Source of the DNA: Dipteris shenzhenensis
Lineage: Eukaryota
Strand: one strand, 5' to 3'
NCBI GenBank assembly: GCA_047967505.1
Contig: CM106538.1
DNA length: 64,000 nt
In this document: positions 40,305-51,179 of the stretch, one piece after another
Numbering within the stretch: position 1 is the stretch's first letter
Layout of the letters: each line of letters starts with the position of its first letter
Position numbers and translations under genes: made by a program
Notes under the pieces: model-generated
The model's input: only the letters and a program-made list of their open reading frames with translations
Told to the model about the DNA's origin: nothing
Databases searched by the model: none

Positions 40305-43300
40305 GTTCCCCCCCCCAGGCAGGGAATGCACCGCATTTCCATGCCTGGGACCATCACGCACGAAGAAAGGCTTGAGGTAGCGCTTGTTGATCACCTTCTT
40401 GCCATATGGTTCATGCAGCTCCTGAACTTGTACAGACCCATTGCTACGTTCTTTGATGACTTTGTATGGACCAGCCCACAGTGGCAGAAACTTCTTATCC
40501 ATTTGGTGGTCCAATCTGTTATCAAAGCATAGCACAACATCCCCCTCAGCAAAGTGTCTTTCCCATCCCTTGCGAATCTTAGCATCCAATCGGGCCTTTT
40601 GTCGATTCTTTTGGATCTCTGTCTGGTGTAGTGCAAGGCGTCGGGTCTCATCTAACTTCTCAAGTTGTACCAATCTGGCCTCTACACATTCATCTTCTGT
40701 CATCCTCTGTTCCTGCGCCAATCTCAAGGCCGGAATCTCTATCTCTAGTGGTAAAACTGCCTCAGTACCATACACCAACTCAAAAGGGGTGTGACCTGTA
40801 GATGTTTTATGAGTGATGTTGTAAGCCCACACTGCTTCAGTGACCTTCTGATCCCATTGGCTCCTATTCCCTGCGGCCATTTTTCCAATGGTTTTACAGA
40901 GGAGGCCATTGGTCCGCTCTGTTTGACCCATGGATGCTGGATAATAGATGCTAGAAGTGCGATGATCAATGCCCATGCGATCCATGAGTAATTCTACTGC
41001 TTCATTTAAGAATGGACTCCCATGGTCAGAGACTATCTCCATGGGTGTCCCAAACCTTGTGCAGATACGTTTAAAGATGAAATTTGAAACTGCCTTGCCA
41101 TTTGCAGCAGAGAGGGCGATAGCTTCAGCCCACTTAGTGACATACTGAGTGGCTACCAAAAGATACTTCTTTTTGCGGGCAGTCATGGGCAAGGGTCCGA
41201 CAAAATCTATGCCCCACTTCTGAAACGGATGGATGGACATCACTGGGTGATGTTGCCCAGGACGCAAATCCTTCCTACCGAAGAATTGACATGGTTCACA
41301 GGTTTTGCAATACAATGTGACATCCTTGAACAAGGTCGGCCAATAGTATCCAGCATGTAAAATCTTCTTAGCTGTATAGTCACTGGCATAGTGGCCTCCA
41401 CAAAATCCATCATGATAATGCTTCAATACCTTAGGCACTTCATCTGCATCAATGGCCCGTCTGAGCACCCCATCCATGCCTTGACGGTACAACACCCCAT
41501 CAAGGAGGGTATAGCGCCTACTATCTCTGCGGATCTTCTTTCTCTCATAACTAGTACTTTCTGAAGGAAAGGAGAAAGCGGTCAAAAACTTATAGATACC
41601 ACCATACCAAGGATCCCCAACTTCTATGGCTGCTACAAGGGTTACATCAAGGCACTCCTCTAAATCAATCAAAGCATTCTTCAAGTTGGAACAACCCCCT
41701 TTTACAATTTTGAAAGAAAAATCATATTCTTGTAGAACTGCCAACCATTTGGCCAACCGGCCCATGGGATTTGGTGATTGAAGAACCTGCTTTGCAAGAC
41801 CAGTGTCAGTGAGTATAAAGAAGGGCCTTCCAGCCACATAATGCTTAAATTTCTCAATGCAAAACACCAAAGACAAGGCATGCTTGTCGGCCTCTGAATA
41901 GCGTCGCTCGGTGTCGAGCAATTGTCGAGAAGCAAATCGAACGGGGTACATGAATCGATCCTCCTCTTGCTGGAGAAGAATACCTGCTAGAGTGTGCTTA
42001 CCAAACCCAGGATTGATATAGAAGGTCTTTGACTAGTCTGGATTGCGTAGAATGGGTTCTGAAGCCAGAGCATTCTTGATTTGTGCAAACCCATGATCAC
42101 AATCCTCATTCCAAGAGAAATCAACCCCATCTTTTAATAGCATAGTCATGGGCCGTGTCAAAGCAGCATACTGATCAATGAAGCGGCGATAGTATCCTGC
42201 TAGATTGACAAATGAGCGTACCTGACGTTTGGTTGTAGGTGGGGAGAGCTTGAGGATGGCTTCTACCTTCTCGGGGTCAGGCTTGATGCCCTCGGATGAG
42301 ACAACATGTCCCAATAACCTCCCTTGAGTGGCTCCAATGGTGCATTTCTCAGGGTTGAGACTGCCATTTGCATCATTGACCCTTTGGAAGGCCAATCTAA
42401 CCTTCATGACGTGCTCCTTACGTGATGAGAATATACAGAAATCATCTAAAAACACCTCCAAGAAATCCCCCAAATAAGGAGCAAACACCATCTGCATAAA
42501 TCTTCGAAAGGTGGCAGGAGCATTGGTGAGGCCAAATGGCATTACTTTGAATGCAAATGTCCCCCAGGGTGTGGCAAATGTGGTTTTAAGCACATCTTCC
42601 TCGGCAATTCTGATTTGATAAAACCCAGAGTAACCATCACAGAAAGTATACATCTCATGACCACTCACCTTCTCAAGAATGAGGCCTTGAAAGGGTAGAG
42701 GATGATGATCCCTCTTGGTGGCAGCATTGAGCTTCTTATAGTCGATGCAGACCCGCCACTTGTTGTTTTTCTTTGGAATGACTACCACTGGTGAAACCCA
42801 TTCAGTATTGTGAACCGGAACAATAAACCCAGCCTCTACAAGCTTCTGCAACTCTGAGCGCAAAGCATCGGTCTGCAGGGGCCCTAATCTCCGATACTTC
42901 TGAGCCACAGGCTTTGCATCAGGCTTCAGCTCTATCTTGTGCTCTATGGCAGTCACATGGCGAAGGTGGTGGTAGCTAGTTGCAAAGAGGTCAGGGAAAT
43001 CTTTGAACATTTCAAGAAACTCATCTTTCTCACCTGGAGTGAGGTCTGGAGAAAGCATTGATTCGAGCTGTTGAGGACTAGCTGTTATCTTTTCTGCAGG
43101 TGGCAGGGTCGGAGACACCCCCATCATGTAGACTTCCTCCTCTGAGAATTCGTCCCCCCCGTCTGATTCTTCCATGGACTCAGACACTGAAGATGAGATA
43201 GTATCACTGTCTTGCACCTCTTCTTCTTCCGGTTCCATGGCACCAGGTTGCACAGGGATTTTCTCCTTGGAAGCACCAAAAGACATGTGTCCTGTCTTCC

Positions 43301-44309
43301 AATAGCTGACTGCATCACTTTTTCTCAACCATGGTCTCCCGAGTATGGCTGGGTAACTTCTGCCTGTATCTTCAATGTCCACTACATAGAAATTGACAGT
43401 GGTGGTCAACCCGTTGACAGTGATGGGCAAATCCTCAATGACTCCCATGGTGGCGAGTCGTCGACCATCTGCTACCTTGATGCGAGTGGAGGAACGCCTT
43501 GTACATTTCAAATTTAATTTCTTCATGATGCGGGGCACCATGATATTACATGCAGCTCCCCCATCAACACACACATTTTTGACACGACAATTATCTATGA
43601 TGACATCTACTGTGTGTGGGTGCCGATCAATTTCTTCAGAGATAGAAGATACCTCTCGTACCTTTCCCTTCTTCTTGCTCTTCCTTGTTGAGAGACCTTG
43701 CTGCAGCTCACGTCTCACCTTAGGGCTTAATGCTATTAGTTGAGGGAGTGTGATGCTCAAAGACCGATGAGCAAGGTCCTGAACGACCGAATAGTCTTCT
43801 TGCCCTGAGCCGATGGGAAAATCCGAGGGTGACCACTTACTCCTGCGAGATCTTTTAGTCTTCTCTGTTGGTGGGTCTGCCATCTCAGCATCTGAGGGCT
43901 CTGAGAAGGACACCTTCTTCCTGGGGCGGCCTGGTCCACGGTTTGGAGAGGGGTCCGAGGTAGCACGAGTTCTTTTCCCGAGATCAAGGATCTCCACATC
44001 AGAATCCTCAGTGCCTGACTCACTTAGAAGATTCACCCTTGGAATATTGGGGCATTCTGTGCGATAATGACCCTTCTGGTGGCACTCGTAGCATACAACA
44101 TTAGCACGATCTCTTGGAGGGCGGTTGGCTTGATTTCTGATGCCCACCATCTCAAGCCGAAGATCATTCAGGGCCTTGGCTAGGTCATTGACTCCAGGTT
44201 CTGTTGCAGGGGGGGGCATCTTTAGTTGGAGGGGCCACGGGAGTAGAGAGGAGGGGGGCTCGTGGGCGAGGCTGGGGAAATCTTCGAGGCGGAGGATGAG
44301 GATATCCAC
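40293..44309 (-). CDS. pol: Gag C-terminus plus Pol (CCHC, protease, RT, degenerate RNase H, integrase); one in-frame TAG at 42033-42035
   Basis: CYECHQKGHYRTEC; VCVDGGA; FLDD; ORFs 42033-44309 and 40293-41951 share a frame (27 open codons between them); integrase HHCC plus GIDF/SDHG/QTER. Confidence 0.93.
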
Positions 44310-44985
44310 CTTGTTGAGGGCAAGTATCTAAGGGAGGACCATACATTTGAGGTGGAGGCGGTGGATACATCCCTGATGAGGGGTGGGGGTATACCCCTGA
44401 GTTAGACCCCCCAGGTTGTTGTTGCAGGAATGGAGGGGGATGCGGAGGGACAATCGTCTTCTTTGAAGCGGGGTCAGACTGAACTTTGTCAAACTTTTGA
44501 GCAATCTCATGTGCTAGCACCATAGTTTCGGGATTCTCCCATTTAAGCTTGAGGCGAAATTCATCACTCGCTCCTGCTACAAGGTAGCCCAGCACATGCT
44601 GAGTCATTCCAGCTCGAAACCCGGCATTGTCATCCTGTGTGGCAATCAAACGGTCCAGGAGCACGGCCGCTCGATCCACATATCGACACGCCGTCTCACC
44701 TTCTGACTGCTTCAAATTTGCCACCTGCAGGTACACATTCTCCGGCTCCTCTTCTTTGCCGAAATACTCAATCATTGCTGCTGTCAACCTTGGCCAGCTT
44801 TGGCGAACATCTTCGGCTTGCTTCTCATACCACACTTGAGCCAAACCTTCTAGAAATGTGGGAAGAACCAATAGCCATCTGTCTTCAGTAAGAAAGTTGA
44901 GAGAAACACAACGGCGCTTGAAAGCCACAAGATACTCATTTGGATTTTCTTCTACCCGTCCACAAAACACGGGAATGTCAGCCAT
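44185..44985 (-). CDS. gag: Gag capsid domain
   Basis: FLEGLAQVWY, LKQSEGETACRY and a Pro-rich linker; shifts into the pol frame near the G8 run at about 44209-44216. Confidence 0.9.
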   Translation of the reverse strand: MADIPVFCGRVEENPNEYLVAFKRRCVSLNFLTEDRWLLVLPTFLEGLAQVWYEKQAEDVRQSWPRLTAAMIEYFGKEEEPENVYLQVANLKQSEGETACRYVDRAAVLLDRLIATQDDNAGFRAGMTQHVLGYLVAGASDEFRLKLKWENPETMVLAHEIAQKFDKVQSDPASKKTIVPPHPPPFLQQQPGGSNSGVYPHPSSGMYPPPPPQMYGPPLDTCPQQGGYPHPPPRRFPQPRPRAPLLSTPVAPPTKDAPPCNRTWSQ

Positions 44986-45200
44986 GCTTGGAAGATGGAA
45001 AAGAGGGGCTTATCTATGGACGGACAATAGTAAGAGGAAGCTTGAACTGAAAATCGGGCGAAGATACATCCAAAAAGCACACATAGGCAGGGTAAGGTGT
45101 GACTGGTGTAGTGTGAAATATTACACGAGAAGAATCTTCAGCATAGAATAGCACATAGACAATCTTAAAAGGACCAATCCTCATGATATCACTTTGATCA

Positions 45201-45365
45201 TTACACGCGAGGGTTAGAGGTGCGGCGTCGCATGAGGTTGTTCATCAAGGCAAACAAGAATGCCATGACAAATGTCAACAGTTGGAGAGCTTGCACATCA
45301 CCTTCAGCTTCTTCCAGTTCTTGTAGTCGCCATTCTATTTCCTCAAGGGGTGTGCGGTCTGGCAT
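45201..45365 (-). CDS. Small upstream ORF, 54 aa: charged helix plus hydrophobic segment
   Basis: MPDRTPLEEIEWRLQELEEAEGDVQALQLLTFVMAFLFALMNNLMRRRTSNPRV*; its ATG overlaps the end of the previous ORF. Confidence 0.45.
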   Translation of the reverse strand: MPDRTPLEEIEWRLQELEEAEGDVQALQLLTFVMAFLFALMNNLMRRRTSNPRV

Positions 45366-45543
45366 TCTTCTTTTGAGCAATGTCCTTGAGAACCCTCCTG
45401 ATGGTCTGCCGAAGTCGGTGAACTCGTATCAAGTAGGCCCAACACTTAGTTTCATGATGACCACAACCTTTGCATTCCTTACAAACAATCACCCTCCTTC
45501 GTGGCTTGCGGCCTTGTTGGGGTGGCGCTTCCACTCGCGTCAT
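45343..45543 (-). CDS. Small basic CCHC zinc-knuckle protein, 66 aa
   Basis: MTRVEAPPQQGRKPRRRVIVCKECKGCGHHETKCW...; exact C-X2-C-X4-H-X4-C spacing. Confidence 0.6.
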   Translation of the reverse strand: MTRVEAPPQQGRKPRRRVIVCKECKGCGHHETKCWAYLIRVHRLRQTIRRVLKDIAQKKNARPHTP

Positions 45544-45943
45544 GCGTGTTGGAAATACAAGCTTCACGTGCCAAGAAATCAGCAACAAGATTTCGAGCTC
45601 GAGGGATATGCTGAATTTTTACCTCTTCAAACTGGTTGCAAAGTTCCAAGGCCTGTTGATGTCGTAGAACCAAGCCTTTGCTCCGCACCTTCCATCTTCC
45701 ACTAACTTGTTCACACACTAGTTGAGAATCTCCTTGCACCTCCAATTGCTTGGCCTGATGTTCTTGTGCCTTTTGTAACCCAAAAATGAGCGCCAAGTAC
45801 TCAGCTTGATTGCAAGTACTTGCGGGCGAAGACTTGCTGTAACAAAACTCCTCACCACCCGGTGAAGTGAGCTTCACACCCACGCCAGCCGCCTTGGTCG
45901 AAGGTTTGTAAGCTCCATCAAATTGAAGAATCCAAGATGTCAT
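45479..45943 (-). CDS. Stand-alone archaeal/plant-type ribonuclease HI (aRH), 154 aa from ATG
   Basis: WILQFDGA, TCNQAEYLALIFGL, LEVQGDSQLV and HIPRARNLVADFLA; the D-E-D-D catalytic set is intact. Confidence 0.93.
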   Translation of the reverse strand: MTSWILQFDGAYKPSTKAAGVGVKLTSPGGEEFCYSKSSPASTCNQAEYLALIFGLQKAQEHQAKQLEVQGDSQLVCEQVSGRWKVRSKGLVLRHQQALELCNQFEEVKIQHIPRARNLVADFLAREACISNTHDASGSATPTRPQATKEGDCL

Positions 45944-46988
45944 CACACCAAGACGAGAATTTGGACATCCCAAGTTTCTCGGTAATCCAAAATAGGTAGG
46001 AGGAGAGGGTGGGGAGAATTCAACACTTAAGCCAAACGTTCAGCACCAAATAAACTTGCAATTCTTTGTTCATAGTTTATCTTAAGCCCAAAAAGAATTA
46101 CAATTTGAAGCTCGAAATGAGGCACAAAAGGCTGATTAGGTACAAATGGATTCCTTGGCCGAAACATTACCAACCATAGCCAAGCCCTAGAAACCTTTGT
46201 AATGAGATTGTGAATAAACCATTCAGGACGAGCTTTTCCACAGGAATCAACAAGCAGATGCGCCAAATCTCCCCCCAAGCTTGGGGAGCATCCCACCCTT
46301 CGAAGAAGGAAACCGTTTTGATTACCTCTAAAGCAGCAAGTAGTTCGATCACCGCACAATGAGTAGAAGTAAAGTCAAAATCCTCCCAGCGTATCAGTAG
46401 TTCGTCACCTTGAATTATCCACGGTGTGTCATTCCACCCGTCATCACCATCAATAATGCACTGGGACAATTAGCCTGGACAATTAGCCGTTGAAGGTCGA
46501 CATGAAGATCAAGGAAGACATCTCGTGCATTGGTAGCCGTAAGGTGCGGAGGAACAGGCACCAATTCCTTAAACGCGTCGAGAAGTGACATAAATGTCCA
46601 CTCTTCTCGTGAGGCGTGCGTCCGTGAAGTGGGCTTGGAGAAGTTCTGAATTGGCGATCTAGCAAGAGAAGTGGATAGAGAACATAAAATGAAATATTTT
46701 TGCTTTTTACAACAAGAGCAAACTCCTTATGGTTAGAGAGTTACAGCTCCCGCGATTTCAATATATGAACAAAAATCATTACATTTTTACCACTTCCAAC
46801 TTGTTGGCCCAATGATAAGACTTTCTTTTGTGAAGGGGGAGGTCTTGGGTTCCAATCCTACTCTTTAATAAAAAGAGAGGAGAGGAGAGGAGAAGGAGAA
46901 GAGAAAGAGAAAGAGAAAGAGAAGAAGAGAAGAGATAGGGGGGGCGCGGGATCTGCTGTTACTCTTTTGCAGCGCGACCAGAGCAGTC

Positions 46989-47175
46989 CAGAAAACAGTC
47001 CGCGACCAGAGAACTGTCGCGCAGAAAACAGTCCGCGACCAGAGAACTGTCGCACAGAAAACAGTCCGCGACCAGAGAACTGTCGCACAGAAAACTGTCC
47101 GCAACCAGAAGTCGCGGCAGTCCAGAGAACTGAAGCGCAGAAAACTGTCCGCAACAGTCCAGTGAACTGTCGCGC
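46989..47175. repeat. 33-bp tandem repeat in the element leader (3 near-perfect copies plus degenerate ones)
   Basis: Unit CAGAAAACAGTCCGCGACCAGAGAACTGTCGC(G/A). Confidence 0.9.
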
Positions 47176-47277
47176 AGGAGACGCACGAATCGAATGCTTA
47201 GAAAGAGCACAGATGGTATAGTTTTGTTGATGTAACCCGTACGAATAGAAGATTCGCCACCAGCCGTGGAGATTCGT

Positions 47278-47295
47278 ATCCCAGCAGCCACACCA
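47278..47295 (-). promoter_or_regulatory. Primer binding site, complementary to the tRNA-His(GUG) 3' end
   Basis: TGGTGTGGCTGCTGGGAT lies 5 nt inside the 5' LTR; plus strand reads ATCCCAGCAGCCACA-CCA, as in plant tRNA-His recalled from memory. Confidence 0.8.
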
Positions 47296-47300
47296 AAACT

Positions 47301-48290
47301 TTTAACCGGAAATGTAATCGAGACCAGAGGCTATAGACTCAGTATGGCGACGCTCAAAGGCAATAGAGAAGAGGAGAGCATGAGGGCGAAGGGATGACAT
47401 AGGGGTGAAAAAGGAATTAGAAGGGGAGGGAAGGAAAAGGGAGACTATGACACAAGGGGAAAGGGAGAGGGGGAAGAGAAGCATGAACATGATAGGAGGA
47501 GGAATGTTGAGATGTAGACATCAAGGGAAGTGATCCATACTTTATTGGAAAGAAGGGATGAGAGGGAAATATCAAAATACTAGCTAGGTGGCTTTACAAA
47601 AATGAGCGTGTCTCATCAAGGAATAGCCCCTTCCTTTTATAGCCAAAAGAGGGGGTCTCTCCACATTAATGTCTCCTCCCACATGCATGGTGTGTGTGGA
47701 AAAGTCTCCCATGTGGGCTAGGTGGGTACGCACTCTCAATTGTGTGCGACAACCCTTTGCCTCAATTTTCCACATAAATCAAGCCCCATATCTCAAGTCT
47801 ATGATACTCCCTTGGTCTCTTTCCAATTTTATAATAGGTTCAAACCTCTAGGAGGACAAGTGGAGGGTTGGCACAAGGAATCTTGCCACCTCATCCTACT
47901 TTCCCCATTATTTAACTAGCTCTCTTTGTCCTTCTATACCTCCCCCACATGGGCCTATCCCATATGGAGGGAATAACTCAATATAATAGCCATCTCCACC
48001 CATTTTATATTGCTTCTCCCATGGACTTTGAGCCATATCTCACTTAATGCATCCTAGGTGGAGGGGTGGCACATGGAGGAGCCATGCCACCTTGCATTTT
48101 ATAATATTACTATCATGGATTATGTACAACACACCTTATGGGTCCTCTTACATGGAAGGGTGGCACATGGTCATGCCTTGCCACCTCAACCTTGGGCCCT
48201 ATGCACACCATATTTGATTATACTATTGCCACATATACAAACACACATACATATTAATGCCTTTTTCCTTAGACAATTTTATCCATAACA
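47301..48290 (-). repeat. 5' LTR (990 bp)
   Basis: Direct repeat of 39315-40304; starts TGTTATGG on minus; followed by the PBS. Confidence 0.95.
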
Positions 48291-49360
48291 CCACCTAAGT
48301 CAAGGTAGGGGCTTTGAAACCAACTATAAAAAGAAGAGAGATGCAATCATTATGCACATTTTAAGGCACGGATTAAACCACAAGATCCAAAGTCTCCCAA
48401 GCCCAATATACCAAGGGACGAGAGGGGACATAAGGAGGGACGTTGAACCATGAGCTCTTGATGAGCACTTCCCTGCACTCACTGGTGGCTCGAGTAAGCA
48501 CGCTGGCCAGTCTGAACCACTCGTACGCCTCTTGTCAGGGCTGCAGCCTCCCTTATTTCAGCACTGCATCGCCATCCTAGCAGATCTGTTTGAGGGCCTA
48601 CTAACATAGCAATATAATGCCCAAGCATTGTGAATCGCTGGAAAACTTTGATATTCCATGCAATTGGATGAAACAGCCTGCAATTGATCTTCCATGCAAT
48701 TGGATGAAACAGCCTGCAACATTCTTGCAGGCCTCTTAATGTTGAAGCCCCCATGGGGGCCCATTTCTTCAATGCTAGCTTGAGCACTAAATTGTTGAAC
48801 CTCCACCATTGGCAGCAACGTGGGGAGCTCTTCTAAAGTAGCTAGTAAACATGAGGAAAAAATATCAAAGCGTAAAAAGTTCGGAGACAATCAAGCTTAA
48901 TTGTTCATAATCACGAGCCATCCACTCTAGAAAGCTTCGGCCTAAAACCTACTTGCGAAAAGTAGCAACTATTTTATTCATTTTCCACTTGTCTAATGTT
49001 TTGTGGCTATGTGTTTTAAAGACTTTTACTCTTGCCCAACCATTTTAAGCTTTCAACATGGAGGCCTTGCCATTTTCCAGCTTTTTAAGATCCATCTTGA
49101 TACCACATTTGTAATAACCTCATCTAAGACTCCTCTTTGATTTTTGCATCCTCACTATCATATCCTTGACTCTATTGTCCCATTCCTAACTATCCTTACA
49201 GGTAATCTTCATGAGAAATCTCAAGAATTTCTCTAAAGCTTATGAAATCGATCATGTTATTCTCTCTTGAGAAAATTAACCTTTTTTGTCCTTATCAACC
49301 TTTTCCCATAGCTATTTTGTTCATAGCTACTATTATTTTCGACATTTCCCTTGCATTATG

Positions 49361-49449
49361 ACATTCCCTATGACATCATGCATTGCATGGCCATTCCCTA
49401 TTACACCATGCATTACATGGCCATTCCCTATTACACTGGCCATTCCCTT
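49361..49449. repeat. 30-bp tandem repeat inside degenerate retroelement-like sequence
   Basis: CATTCCCTAT(G/T)ACA(T/C)CATGCATT(G/A)CATGGC, about 3 copies. Confidence 0.8.
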
Positions 49450-51179
49450 ACTTCTTTGGCTTTCAAAGAGGCATTTATGAGTTGTTTCTTCCATTATCTT
49501 TGTAAACTCACTGCTCATTGTTGGGTTTGTTGGACAGCTTACCCTCCATTCACTTGGAGCTCGAGACATTTTCTTGTTGCTATCTATACGCATGAGATTT
49601 GTTGCAGTCCATCTTCAATAATGTGGCGACTTTGCATTCCCCACTATCCCACTTTGAGAATTTCATCTAATGAAGCGTTAGCATAATTATGATTATGCTG
49701 GACCCTTTTCATAGCCCTCTCTATTCATGCATATCCTAGCTCTATCTCTTACTTGCATATGGACACCACAAAGGGTTAGAATGTTCTTGATGTCTTCCTT
49801 TGACCACATAGCACTATCAAACAAACGAGGGAGATGTAGCAAGGTAGTACCTCTACAATATCTCTATGATTTGTTTCGGACAATTTGTAGTCTCCTATTG
49901 GACATCTAGATTTCGCAACTATCCTTTACAAATCCAATCAAACTATTCTCGACACGTGTGAAGGCCCCACAAGGAGCAAGGAAATATAGGTCACCCATAT
50001 CCATGTGTGCCCTTGTCCCAACCTTGAGCTACACCTTCATTCACATGGATGTTTTAGGGGTCCCTTGTCCAAAAAAGGAGCATCATCAAACACTGGGTGA
50101 GGTCCTTGAAACAAGCAATCTAATATCTCAAACCTAACACAATTTTTAAAAACAAGAAAAATTTGTGCTTATCAATAACGTAAACATTTGTGTTTATGTT
50201 GCATTGACCAAAAGGTGAGCTATAGAAAAGAATCCCAAGATCACAAAAGTTCATGTTCATTTGTAAACTTCCAATTGCCTTTAACTTCAACATTAGCATC
50301 TAAAGCTTTCACTAACTCTTTAGCTTGCTACATCATCAAGTTGATTTAGGCCAAGGAGGATGCTAAAGACCCATTTCAACAGCACACATATTTATTACGA
50401 AGATAAACTTCTCAACAATGTGCTAGAGGATAGTTTCCATCTCGCCCATCTTCAATTCACCCTAACTTATGCTTAGTTCCATAGGGCAAGGTGCTACTCT
50501 ACACAACCATATGTTGACCCTCTTCGACTTCATTTCATTTGTCATCTAAATAACTCTATTCACATTGGAATGAGCTTCAGTTTATTACGCATCACCCTTA
50601 TGAAAATATATTTGGCATGCTTGAGTGTGAAACAACTCCCAATAACCAAGATGGCCCACGGTGTGTGAGTTCTAAGAAAACTTTGAGAATGGAATATGTA
50701 TCCATGGCGGCACCAAGCTCGAAGCAAGCCTTTCCTTGTGTATGTCTCGAATTGGAAATTATGCTACTCCTTGCGGATTCGACCTCCTTACTACTCTTTC
50801 AATCCTTTACCTACTACAAGCACTTTTCTTTCATAGGCCTACACAACCAAATGCTGCATGTACTACTTGAACCTACTTTGGGTTCCGATTACTTTGATCT
50901 AGTGGGTTTCTTACATATGCAACTTCAAAGCCATTCCAATAGACTGCTAACAAGAACCCAACCCCTTTCCCCTAGAACACCACAAAAAAGGAGTCCTCTT
51001 TTCTTTCTTTCTTTTTGTTGTATGTTTTGGTTGCTTTAAATAATAATAATAATAATATAATAAAGACGGGGCGGAGGGAGTATAGGTAGGAAAGATGCGT
51101 TTGCACCCTCTAAAAATATGCAAATGTTGCAATCTTGGATTGGCCAAAACAATGTTCAAGATCAAAATAGAATGGCATA

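Larger units (their letters stand above)
39315..48290 (-). mobile_element. Full-length recent non-chromovirus (Tat/Athila-like) Gypsy LTR retrotransposon with a 5' extra-ORF region
   Basis: Two 990-bp LTRs, PBS, PPT (G-run at about 40308-40316), gag-pol, and flanks CCACT/CCACC. Confidence 0.96.

Noticed and set aside
45479-45973. Host or bacterial/archaeal rnhA gene (HGT or contamination)
   Set aside because: It lies between two near-identical LTRs in the element's orientation and has the motif style of Tat-type aRH
46989-47175. CRISPR-like array
   Set aside because: The repeats are directly adjacent with no unique spacers, in a eukaryotic retroelement context with no cas genes
47263-47295. 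tRNA-His gene
   Set aside because: Only the 3' part is present, it includes CCA and it sits next to the LTR, so it is a PBS
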